Source of the DNA: a virus
Length of the DNA stretch: 64,000 bases
Direction: 5' to 3' (one strand)
Virus record (IMG/VR): IMGVR_UViG_3300047560_000195
Location: 2,623 to 66,622 of that record
Below the pieces are notes generated by a model. That model made no database searches and was not told the DNA's origin. It saw only the letters and a program-made list of their open reading frames with translations. Below are positions 56,470 to 64,000 of the stretch, piece by piece. Numbering within the stretch: the first letter of the stretch is position 1; each line of letters starts with the position of its first letter. The translations under genes were made by a program, and so were the position numbers.

Positions 56470-57399
56470 ATGAAATTTGTAAAGAGCAACTACGAGCACA
56501 AACAGAACTACCTCGACAAGATCGCATGGGTTAAGAACGTAACGAGCGAACCCCGTGCATATTTCAATGACTGCCCGACTGTCCCGCAGTTAATCCCGGT
56601 GCTGGAGGAACTATCCAAGAAGATGCCCAACGCTAGATTCCTACCAGATGCGGGTAACTACGATGGGAATTATCAGTTCACCAAGTTCGATGTGGTTATG
56701 GACAACAACCCGTTCACGCTCGGGTGGATAGGTTACGGCGATTGGTCATTAAATTCGTCAGAGAATACTAAGCTGACAATCTGTAGCCGACTGATTGCTA
56801 ACAACAAGTACGCATCCCATAGGGATCAGTACTACATGGTCATGCCTCACTCTGCGGTTAAGGCTATCAAGGAAGCATGTAAGTACTTACTACCATACTC
56901 GACACGTGAGCTAGGCAAGCTCTTACACAACGAGATCAGAAATAAAGCTGGTATATACAAGGACACCCTGCGTGATAAAGCTACGGGTGTGACGAGGCAG
57001 TTGGGTCTGGGCTGGTCGCTCAAGCATGAAGCTATAGAAGAACTCAAGTACCTCAAGGACTCTGGGTTTGCTTTCAAAACTAATTGGCTGGACCACGCCA
57101 TGCTGGATATAGATGAAGCATACGCAGCGTATCAGGAGTACATGCAGTACAACCCCAACGCCAAGTTAGTACGTATCGAAAACGGTGATAACCCAGTGGT
57201 TCACGTGTTGACGGTGGACAACGTACTAAGTAACGGAAATGAAGCGCCCCCATGCCAATTGGAGATGCTCAAGCCCGAAGATGTACCTGATGACGTAGCA
57301 GGTAAGGTCGCTGTGTTACAGACTCTCGATAATAACCAGTACGTAGAACGTGTGGGCATGAGATGGAATGATTACATTTTCTGGGTGGAGTTCGCATGA
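56470..57399 (+). CDS. Hypothetical protein
   Basis: 309-aa ORF; C-terminal VP..VAGKVAVL..VERVG..FWV module shared with the next gene. Confidence 0.7.
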   Translation: MKFVKSNYEHKQNYLDKIAWVKNVTSEPRAYFNDCPTVPQLIPVLEELSKKMPNARFLPDAGNYDGNYQFTKFDVVMDNNPFTLGWIGYGDWSLNSSENTKLTICSRLIANNKYASHRDQYYMVMPHSAVKAIKEACKYLLPYSTRELGKLLHNEIRNKAGIYKDTLRDKATGVTRQLGLGWSLKHEAIEELKYLKDSGFAFKTNWLDHAMLDIDEAYAAYQEYMQYNPNAKLVRIENGDNPVVHVLTVDNVLSNGNEAPPCQLEMLKPEDVPDDVAGKVAVLQTLDNNQYVERVGMRWNDYIFWVEFA

Positions 57400-57821
57400 A
57401 TGAGGTAAAGATGCAACGGTACGAAACCCTGCGTACCAAAATTCTTAACGATCTGTGGGATAGCAAGCCTGAGGTTTATAGCAGCCTCCCTATGTTCGCA
57501 AAGACAAGCAAGCTAGCTAGTATCGTCATGCAGATGGTACTAGAGGCTCCGATCTATCGTATCAAAATAAACGAAAACAAATCCGTTGACACAGACTGTT
57601 ACGATATGATAGAAAACTGGAAGTCCAAGTTGAAGAGAAATTATGCCAACGTGGACGATCTACCCACGTGGGTACAAGAGAAACTAGCGGTGCTTATGAC
57701 CACGAAGCCTAACCAAGCTGATGTGGAAAACATAGGCAGACGTATAAACGAGCGAGTGTTCTGGGTATATGGCAGAAACCCCCGAGAAGAAAGTAAAGAA
57801 GAAGGTCCGATCGTTACTTGA
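57396..57821 (+). CDS. Hypothetical protein
   Basis: DDLPTWVQEKLAVL..VENIG..VFWV module. Confidence 0.65.
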   Translation: MNEVKMQRYETLRTKILNDLWDSKPEVYSSLPMFAKTSKLASIVMQMVLEAPIYRIKINENKSVDTDCYDMIENWKSKLKRNYANVDDLPTWVQEKLAVLMTTKPNQADVENIGRRINERVFWVYGRNPREESKEEGPIVT

Positions 57822-58077
57822 TGAACTCGGAGCCTACTACGTCATGCCCGTCACGGGCGGGTATGGCACCCAAGGTGCACCAGACTTTCTGGTGTGCCTG
57901 AAGGGTAGGTTCGTAGGGATAGAGACTAAGGCAGGTAAGGGTAAGACCACAGCCCTGCAAGACTTGAACCTACAGAAGATACGTGACGCAGGAGGTGTTG
58001 CGTTGGTTATTTATGAGACGGACCTCGATGTGCTCAGGCACATGTTAGGACTATTACAAACTGGAGAACTGATATGA
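57769..58077 (+). CDS. VRR-NUC / Holliday-junction-resolvase-like nuclease
   Basis: TPEKKVK..GAPDF..GRFVGIETKAG..TALQ..I..AGG. Confidence 0.85.
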   Translation: MAETPEKKVKKKVRSLLDELGAYYVMPVTGGYGTQGAPDFLVCLKGRFVGIETKAGKGKTTALQDLNLQKIRDAGGVALVIYETDLDVLRHMLGLLQTGELI

Positions 58078-58493
58078 CAAAGATCGAGCATGCACGACAA
58101 CTGATGACTAAGAACCCGAAGATCAGCCCTGCTGACATGAGCGCTGAGATGGGACTACCTATCAAGCAGGTGTATCTGTTGCGTTCACAGGCCAAGGCTT
58201 CGCTGAAGAAGGTAAAGAAGAAGTCACTGGTATCTTCTATTAACGCTTGCATAACTCAGCACAATGCTCAGGCGCAAGCGTGGGACGATGAGCCGAGCGA
58301 GGGACCAGCTAACTGGAAATTAACTAAGGAACCCCAGCCACAGTTTGGCTTACCCGATAAAAATAACCCTGTCACCCCACTACTCGCTAAGATGGATCGG
58401 TTGCGTGAGGAGCTAGCTGACGCACGTGCGGTAATTAAATACTTGGAGAAGAAGCTCTATGAAAAAGCTGCTGGTAACGGCCCCGGCCATTAA
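58074..58493 (+). CDS. Putative HTH protein with C-terminal coiled coil
   Basis: SPADMSAEMGLPIKQVY; RAVIKYLEKKL. Confidence 0.55.
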   Translation: MTKIEHARQLMTKNPKISPADMSAEMGLPIKQVYLLRSQAKASLKKVKKKSLVSSINACITQHNAQAQAWDDEPSEGPANWKLTKEPQPQFGLPDKNNPVTPLLAKMDRLREELADARAVIKYLEKKLYEKAAGNGPGH

Positions 58494-58710
58494 GTACGGG
58501 ACCAAGATCGTCAAGGGTACGAAGAAGATGTCGCACGATGACATCGTAAAGAAGGAGGGTAAGGATGGAACCCGTGGGTTCATGCTTTCGAATGGTAAGT
58601 TCGCAGGTAGAGCGGAAGCTGCAAGAGTAGCTAAAACTGCTGGTGAAGTATCCCATCCGGGTAAGACCTTACATAGTCACGAACTGAGAGCAGGTAAGAG
58701 GGACAAGTGA
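58459..58710 (+). CDS. Hypothetical basic protein
   Basis: GFMLSNGKF..R.EA..VA..LHS.EL phage motif. Confidence 0.55.
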   Translation: MKKLLVTAPAIKYGTKIVKGTKKMSHDDIVKKEGKDGTRGFMLSNGKFAGRAEAARVAKTAGEVSHPGKTLHSHELRAGKRDK

Positions 58711-58773
58711 TCGTAGATCCGTACTCGGTGGTATTTATTTTAGCCTTCGTCATGTACCTATTCTTTTCACACT

Positions 58774-58965
58774 ATGAACGATGACTTTGATGGACCCAAC
58801 ACAAAGCCGGGGTTATGCCCCGAATGTAACCAACCCGCAACGATCTGGCTGTCCGTAGCCAGCTCTTGGGAATGTACGTATTGCAACTGGCAGGGGCGAG
58901 TACCTTACTACCCCACAACTGAGGTAAATGAAAATGACTGGCGGAATAAAAGATATGGAAGATGA
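58774..58965 (+). CDS. Small zinc-ribbon protein
   Basis: CPEC..WECTYCNW. Confidence 0.5.
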   Translation: MNDDFDGPNTKPGLCPECNQPATIWLSVASSWECTYCNWQGRVPYYPTTEVNENDWRNKRYGR

Positions 58966-59149
58966 AACCAAACGCATCGACAGCATGCTTAACAGCCAAT
59001 GGATGCTGGATGAAGTAGCGGCATTAGCACAACACTTTCAGGCACGGGGTTTAGCTTCGTTCGAGGGAGCACTTGTTATGTCGAAACTTACCAGCGTGGC
59101 GCTGGCTAGCTGTGTGCAATTTAAAGAGGAGAACAAGGATGGAGCATGA
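58928..59149 (+). CDS. Hypothetical protein
   Basis: GAGGT RBS. Confidence 0.5.
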   Translation: MKMTGGIKDMEDETKRIDSMLNSQWMLDEVAALAQHFQARGLASFEGALVMSKLTSVALASCVQFKEENKDGA

Positions 59150-59444
59150 TTTCGATGTGTATGTCATGCGTGTACTGAGATGGGCTGAAGATCGTAACCT
59201 GATCGAGGGCTCTGACCCTAAGACGCAGATGCTCAAGTGTGTATCAGAAGTAGGTGAGCTGGCCGATGCCGTAGCGGTAGACAACCGTGAGGAGATCATC
59301 GATGCAATCGGTGACGTGCTGGTGACCCTGATTATCCTGAGCGAGATGAAGAACCTCGATATGGTCGAGTGCCTTGAGTCAGCCTACAACACGATCGCAC
59401 CCCGGAGAGGGAAGATGGTGAACGGTATTTTCGTAAAAGAATAA
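59139..59444 (+). CDS. mazG: MazG-like NTP pyrophosphohydrolase
   Basis: WAEDRNL, KCVSEVGELA, DAIGDVLVTL, R.GKMVNG.FVKE. Confidence 0.85.
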   Translation: MEHDFDVYVMRVLRWAEDRNLIEGSDPKTQMLKCVSEVGELADAVAVDNREEIIDAIGDVLVTLIILSEMKNLDMVECLESAYNTIAPRRGKMVNGIFVKE

Positions 59445-59462
59445 CAATGGAGCGACTGGAGA

Positions 59463-61166
59463 ATGAAACCCATATACGTACTAGGTACGGGGCTGTCTCA
59501 TGACGGGTCAGCTTGCTTGCTTAAAGACGGGGTGGTTGAGCTCGTTATAGAAAAGGAACGCATCACTCGTGTTAAGCACGATGGGCGCAACGACAGGGTA
59601 ACCATTCAAACTCTACTGGATACCGCTGGCATCACTTGGGATGACATTTCTTTGGTGGTGCAGAGCAACACGTATGGGATGTTCCAGTACGGTAATGGGT
59701 GGTATTTTGGGGAGAGGAACATACCAGAGGGTATACCTACCGTCTCGATGCCGCACCATCTGGCCCACGCTTACAGTGCGTTCTTTTTTAGTCCGTTCAA
59801 AGAATCAGCGATCCTCGTCATAGACGGGTGCGGTAGTGTGCTACTCGATTGCATTGCGTTCGGAGACATTACAGACACGGGGTTTGTGGAGCCCATAGAC
59901 CCGTCTACGAGGCATCTTTTCTATGAGACGGTGAGCTACTACCAAGGGCATGGCAAAGACATATCAGCGGTTAAGAAAAACTTTTCCGTGTATGGGTATC
60001 CACCGATATCCGTGCACCCCATAGTCAACCATCTAGTGCATTCGATAGGAGGGTATTACGAAGGAGCTACGGACTACATGTTCCCCCAAGGTTCAGACCA
60101 AGGGGAGCTTATGGGCTTGGCCGCATACGGTGATCCTAATGTGTATCCACACAGGATTTTTGAGTTCGTTAACGGGGAACCAAGAGCCAACTACGACTGG
60201 CTAAGGCTCTTAGAACATGGTCCTACATCTTGGGATGACTTCATGGGTAGGTTTAGGTATTTCGCCAACGTAGCCAGATTCATTCAAGATGAGGTGGCTG
60301 AGATAGTCGTGACGTTAGCTAACGATCTGCATGCCCATGCCCCTAGTAAAAACCTGTGTTACGCAGGTGGGGTGGCTCTTAACGTGGTGGCGAATTCAAG
60401 AATTCAAGCCGAGACCCAGTTCGAAAATGTGTTCGTTACGCCCCCTGCCAACGATGCCGGGATAGGTATAGGTTGTGCATTTTATGGGTGGCATGCGGTG
60501 CTGGGTAACGACAAGGTACCGGCACGTAGCTCTGTGTACGTAGGCCCTTCTCCAAACAAAAATGACGTACGAGAGTTTATTAACTGCCTATTCCATTGTC
60601 CGTTAGATGTTAGCAAACCAGACAATTTGAACGAAGAAGCAGCCAAGCTTATCGCTAGCGGTAAGGTGGTAGGGTGCTACAGAGGTAGAGCCGAGATAGG
60701 CCCCCGTGCCTTGGGTAACAGAAGTATTTTAGGAGATCCCACAAAACGAGAGCTTAGAGACCACATAAACAACAGCATCAAGACACGTCCAGACTTCAGA
60801 CCGTTTGCACCAGCGGTGCTCATGGAAGACGCGCCCATGTTCTTTGATATCGAGAAGGAAAGTCCGTACATGTTGTTCGTCCATAAAGTTAAAGACGAAT
60901 GGAAAGACAAGCTACCCGCTGTCACACATGTAGATGGCACGGCCAGAGTGCAGACCGTTAGCGCTTCAGACAACCCGGAGTTCTACGACCTACTCAAGGA
61001 AGTTAAGAAAGTAACCGGGATAGGTATGGTGCTGAATACTTCCTTCAATAGGAAGAGAGAGCCCATGGTGGAGCGTGTAAGTGAGGCCTTCGACATGTTC
61101 TGGAACACACCCATGGACGCGCTGATACTGGATGAATACCTACTTGTAAAAAGGTACCCCCAATGA
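59463..61166 (+). CDS. O-carbamoyltransferase (NodU/CmcH/TobZ family)
   Basis: HDGSA, ERITRVKH, HHLAHA, IDG.G, GGVALN, GPRALGNRS, FRPFAP, HVDGTARVQTV, LNTSFN. Confidence 0.92.
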   Translation: MKPIYVLGTGLSHDGSACLLKDGVVELVIEKERITRVKHDGRNDRVTIQTLLDTAGITWDDISLVVQSNTYGMFQYGNGWYFGERNIPEGIPTVSMPHHLAHAYSAFFFSPFKESAILVIDGCGSVLLDCIAFGDITDTGFVEPIDPSTRHLFYETVSYYQGHGKDISAVKKNFSVYGYPPISVHPIVNHLVHSIGGYYEGATDYMFPQGSDQGELMGLAAYGDPNVYPHRIFEFVNGEPRANYDWLRLLEHGPTSWDDFMGRFRYFANVARFIQDEVAEIVVTLANDLHAHAPSKNLCYAGGVALNVVANSRIQAETQFENVFVTPPANDAGIGIGCAFYGWHAVLGNDKVPARSSVYVGPSPNKNDVREFINCLFHCPLDVSKPDNLNEEAAKLIASGKVVGCYRGRAEIGPRALGNRSILGDPTKRELRDHINNSIKTRPDFRPFAPAVLMEDAPMFFDIEKESPYMLFVHKVKDEWKDKLPAVTHVDGTARVQTVSASDNPEFYDLLKEVKKVTGIGMVLNTSFNRKREPMVERVSEAFDMFWNTPMDALILDEYLLVKRYPQ

Positions 61167-61867
61167 AATTGTTCAGTAAAAACCCTATAGTAACGTTCAC
61201 ATGCGACCCTAAACTGTACGGTTCTATACCTAACCCTGTGCCAGCTGGTGAGCTCCTACCTAGATGGTATAGGAAGATGAATCCCGAAAATAGCTCGTCT
61301 CGCAGTATCAAAAGATGTGTGCCCGTTGTGGATGCTATGAGCATGGGGTACCTAATACCTTTATGGGCTGATGTAACTGTAGAGACTATTAACGGCGTAG
61401 TACGCTTTTCGTACATGCAAGAAGTACCTAGCCCTATGTTTACAAACCATGATCCAAGTCAGGTAGCAGGATGCCCCCTGCACGATTCTACATTCGGTAA
61501 TCAGCCGTTAAAGCTACTAAGCCCTTGGATAATATCCACTCCACCCGGATGGTCATGCCTATTTACTCAGCCTATCAATCATTTTGACAAGCGTTTCAGT
61601 CATGTGTCGGGAGTAGTCGATACCGATACATATAGAACTTATATTAATTCATCGTTCGTTTGGATGCAGGAAAACTTCCACGGAGTAATCACAAAGGGTA
61701 CCCCATGGATGCAGGTAATACCGTTCAAAAGAACAGAGTGTACGCACGAGGTACGGGAGGCAACGGACAAAGATATTTTGGTTTCTGAAAAGGTCAACTC
61801 CAAGATATACACCGTGCTCAGGAATGGTTACAGATTTAATTTCTGGTCACCTAAAAATTACAAGTAA
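61163..61867 (+). CDS. Conserved phage beta-fold protein (DUF6065/dUTPase-like), paralog 1
   Basis: P.WY..IKRCVP..DAM..GY.IPLW.D..PW...TPPGWSCLF..GVVDTD..GTP..QVIPFKR. Confidence 0.6.
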   Translation: MKLFSKNPIVTFTCDPKLYGSIPNPVPAGELLPRWYRKMNPENSSSRSIKRCVPVVDAMSMGYLIPLWADVTVETINGVVRFSYMQEVPSPMFTNHDPSQVAGCPLHDSTFGNQPLKLLSPWIISTPPGWSCLFTQPINHFDKRFSHVSGVVDTDTYRTYINSSFVWMQENFHGVITKGTPWMQVIPFKRTECTHEVREATDKDILVSEKVNSKIYTVLRNGYRFNFWSPKNYK

Positions 61868-61873
61868 AAACAA

Positions 61874-62125
61874 ATGAAAAAGCCTGACTACTGGATAGAC
61901 ATTTACCAAGTGCTGAAGCTGGTTGATTGGGAGAAGAAGCCCGACATGAAGCATCGTCCTCTGATCTATGCAGACCGACCGATTGCTAATGAGCGATTAA
62001 AAGAACTGTGGTTAGAGAGTGAAGGCAAGCCCAAACGGTTTGCCAAGCTGATCGAGTCAGAACATGGGATCAAAGAGTGGGAGGTAGAAGACCGCTCACG
62101 TACTGTAACAGCGGAGGGAGAATGA
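61874..62125 (+). CDS. Hypothetical protein
   Basis: FAKLIESEHGI motif common in small phage proteins. Confidence 0.55.
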   Translation: MKKPDYWIDIYQVLKLVDWEKKPDMKHRPLIYADRPIANERLKELWLESEGKPKRFAKLIESEHGIKEWEVEDRSRTVTAEGE

Positions 62126-62268
62126 TCTGGGATTTCATTAGGTCGGTGATACACAACGTTCTGGTTCACCCTGTACTTCCGTTCTTACCTAGAAAACTAG
62201 CTAAGAAAATCCATGAGCGTAATGCCGCGTGGGCGTACCCGGAAGGGCCGTTCGCAGGACTTGATTAG
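62122..62268 (+). CDS. Hypothetical 48-aa protein
   Basis: ATGA overlap; IHNVLVHP..H pattern. Confidence 0.5.
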   Translation: MIWDFIRSVIHNVLVHPVLPFLPRKLAKKIHERNAAWAYPEGPFAGLD

Positions 62269-62279
62269 GAGAGAAGTCT

Positions 62280-63002
62280 ATGTTCTTTTTTTGCAAACCA
62301 AAAACGGTAACTCTGGATGCATTTACCACTAGGCCACAATTAGTCGAACTACTTGCTCCTGATTACGCTAATAAATTTAAACCGAAATGGTGGTATGACA
62401 TACCTACCAAAGAAAAAATAACGCTACCATCGGGAATAAGTGCCGAAAGTAACACAATGAAACGGTGCCGTGGCTTCAAAGATTACTATTCTAACGCAGC
62501 CATAGTAATACCGTTGTGGGATTCTTTTGTATTGGAATTTACTAATAATGGACATAGGCATTCGTTTGCTAGCAACGAAAGTATTTTGGAGTACCAAATA
62601 GATTTGCAGAGAGGACCGGAATACCTGAAAGAGTTTCATCAACTAAAGCTAGGATCTCCTTGGCGGTTTAAAGAAAAGTCGGGTATTAACTTTTTATTTA
62701 CACAAGCATTTTATAATTTCAAAGACCCAACTTCGTTTGTTATGCCGCCAGCTATTGTTAATTACAGGTATCAAACAGCCACGGAAGTAAATTTCTTTGT
62801 AAGGAAACCCACTGACGATAGCATAGGGAGAATAGAATTTGAGGCGGGGCACCCCCTAGTGCATCTGACACCTTTAACCGAGAAGAGATTGGTTATTAAG
62901 ACGCACGTTGTATCAGAAGTGGAGCTCAAAAAAATAGATCCGCCATTCGTATTTTTTGCTGGTAAGTACAGTAAAAACATAAGGTTAGGGTACGGTAAGT
63001 AA
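62280..63002 (+). CDS. Conserved phage beta-fold protein, paralog 2
   Basis: PKWW..MKRC.G..IPLW..SPW..LFTQ..AG.PL.HL.P; same motif order as 61163. Confidence 0.6.
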   Translation: MFFFCKPKTVTLDAFTTRPQLVELLAPDYANKFKPKWWYDIPTKEKITLPSGISAESNTMKRCRGFKDYYSNAAIVIPLWDSFVLEFTNNGHRHSFASNESILEYQIDLQRGPEYLKEFHQLKLGSPWRFKEKSGINFLFTQAFYNFKDPTSFVMPPAIVNYRYQTATEVNFFVRKPTDDSIGRIEFEAGHPLVHLTPLTEKRLVIKTHVVSEVELKKIDPPFVFFAGKYSKNIRLGYGK

Positions 63003-63208
63003 TGTACGAGACCAAACCTCAAACAACGCTCGAACCAAAGCTAACTTTGGTTAAAGACGAGAAGCCCCCGATGGGCACCAAGCTGTACCTTGTGTCTGAG
63101 CACGGCATTGGCATCCTTGGTGACTACCACCCGGAGTGGGGCATCGTGGCTTGGATGAAACTACCCAAGCTGAGTGACGAGCAGAAGAAACGACTGGAGG
63201 AGAGATGA
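63002..63208 (+). CDS. Hypothetical protein (DUF551-like C-terminus)
   Basis: PP.GTK..G..VAWMKLP. Confidence 0.5.
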   Translation: MYETKPQTTLEPKLTLVKDEKPPMGTKLYLVSEHGIGILGDYHPEWGIVAWMKLPKLSDEQKKRLEER

Positions 63209-63495
63209 GCGAAGACAAAGAATTACTCGCCTTGGCAGCTAAAGCGGCTGGGATGGAACTCGAATGGTACGAAAATGGATCTATTCATTTTTGGAATCCC
63301 CTAACCGACGATGGTGACGCTCTGCGCCTTGCGGTGAAGTTGAGGTTGGAACTTGGATTCCCTAAAGAATACTGTGTGTGGTCGTTTGGAACTAACGGTG
63401 TTGTCTGCACGGAAGATCCAAGTAACGACCCCTATGCCGCAACCCGTAGAGCCATCGTAAGAGCCGCCGCTGAGATCGGCAGGGGGATGGAATGA
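63205..63495 (+). CDS. NinX-like phage protein
   Basis: LAAKAAG..WNPLTDDGDALRLAVKL..ATRRAIVRAAAEIG. Confidence 0.6.
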   Translation: MSEDKELLALAAKAAGMELEWYENGSIHFWNPLTDDGDALRLAVKLRLELGFPKEYCVWSFGTNGVVCTEDPSNDPYAATRRAIVRAAAEIGRGME

Positions 63496-63761
63496 AATTT
63501 AGAAAGAAGCCCGTAGTGATCGAGGCTACCCAATGGTTTAAAGATGGGGATCATCCCGCTGTAGAGCGTTCACTTGGTACAACGTCATCGGCAATAAGCC
63601 CCGGAATTCTTTATAGGTCCAAGGATTTTTACGTCAAGACCCTTGAGGGCTGGCATGAAGTCACCCCCGGCGACTGGATCATCACCGGAATCAAAGGCGA
63701 ACACTACCCATGCAAGCCTGACATCTTCGAGGCTACCTATGAGCCTGTGGAGGAAGCATGA
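63492..63761 (+). CDS. PGDYG-like phage protein
   Basis: KFRKKPVVIEA.QW..TLEG..PGDWII.G..GE.YPCKPDIFEATYE. Confidence 0.7.
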   Translation: MKFRKKPVVIEATQWFKDGDHPAVERSLGTTSSAISPGILYRSKDFYVKTLEGWHEVTPGDWIITGIKGEHYPCKPDIFEATYEPVEEA

Positions 63762-64000
63762 CCAAAGAACGCGAACTGCTGAGACGAACGCTTGAACTTT
63801 GGGATAACGAAATCGTTGACTTCAACGATTGCATGGAAGACATCCGCACTTTCCTCGCCGTCGAGCCAGAAGCAGAGCCATTGGTAAACAATAAGTCGTT
63901 ATTGGAAATGATTGAGGAAATACCTAGGCGCATTGAGCCGCTAGGGGGTCAGAGATATAGCTACGTAAGACTTGAAGAAGTGAAATACGTTATAGATGAA
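63758..64000 (+). CDS. Hypothetical protein, truncated by window end
   Basis: ATGA overlap; GGAGG RBS; frame open to the end (MTKERELLRR..). Confidence 0.55.
   Translation, partial: MTKERELLRRTLELWDNEIVDFNDCMEDIRTFLAVEPEAEPLVNNKSLLEMIEEIPRRIEPLGGQRYSYVRLEEVKYVIDE

Noticed and set aside
1-64000. Stop-codon recoding, tRNA genes, introns/inteins, diversity-generating retroelement
   Set aside because: All three stop codons end genes normally; I saw no cloverleaf, no interrupted core gene and no reverse transcriptase (by eye only; tRNAscan and Infernal not run)
1-64000. Apparent abundance of GTAC/ACGT/TACG words as a sign of DNA modification
   Set aside because: Impression only; needs observed/expected tetranucleotide counts, which I cannot compute here

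Overview
The window is most of the genome of a tailed dsDNA phage with podovirus-like organisation, read in the standard genetic code. It has three blocks. (1) + strand replication genes at 1-9218: family A DNA polymerase (C-terminal part), PD-(D/E)XK exonuclease, SNF2 helicase, SSB-like protein and primase-helicase. (2) A - strand late operon at about 46877-9311: terminase, portal, GroES, scaffold, major capsid, adaptors, fibres, holin, M15 endolysin and ejection proteins including a 2225-aa muramidase/zincin polyprotein, with a cupin-SET methyltransferase and a DDxxD prenyltransferase-like gene set among them. (3) + strand early/accessory genes at 47248-64000: MoxR AAA plus VWA-metallopeptidase, VRR-NUC, MazG-like protein and a carbamoyltransferase with two paralogous partners. 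The least explained signals are non-coding. They are a candidate ~80-nt small RNA whose loop is complementary to the phage's own ribosome-binding sites (9231-9312), two further structured RNAs (2723-2907, and a kissing-loop leader at 36700-36776), six copies of a 20-bp palindromic operator near a ribbon-helix-helix gene, a 129-bp tandem duplication and a ~330-bp imperfect inverted repeat. I found no tRNA, CRISPR array or integrase. All protein calls rest on motif recognition by eye; no database searches were run.
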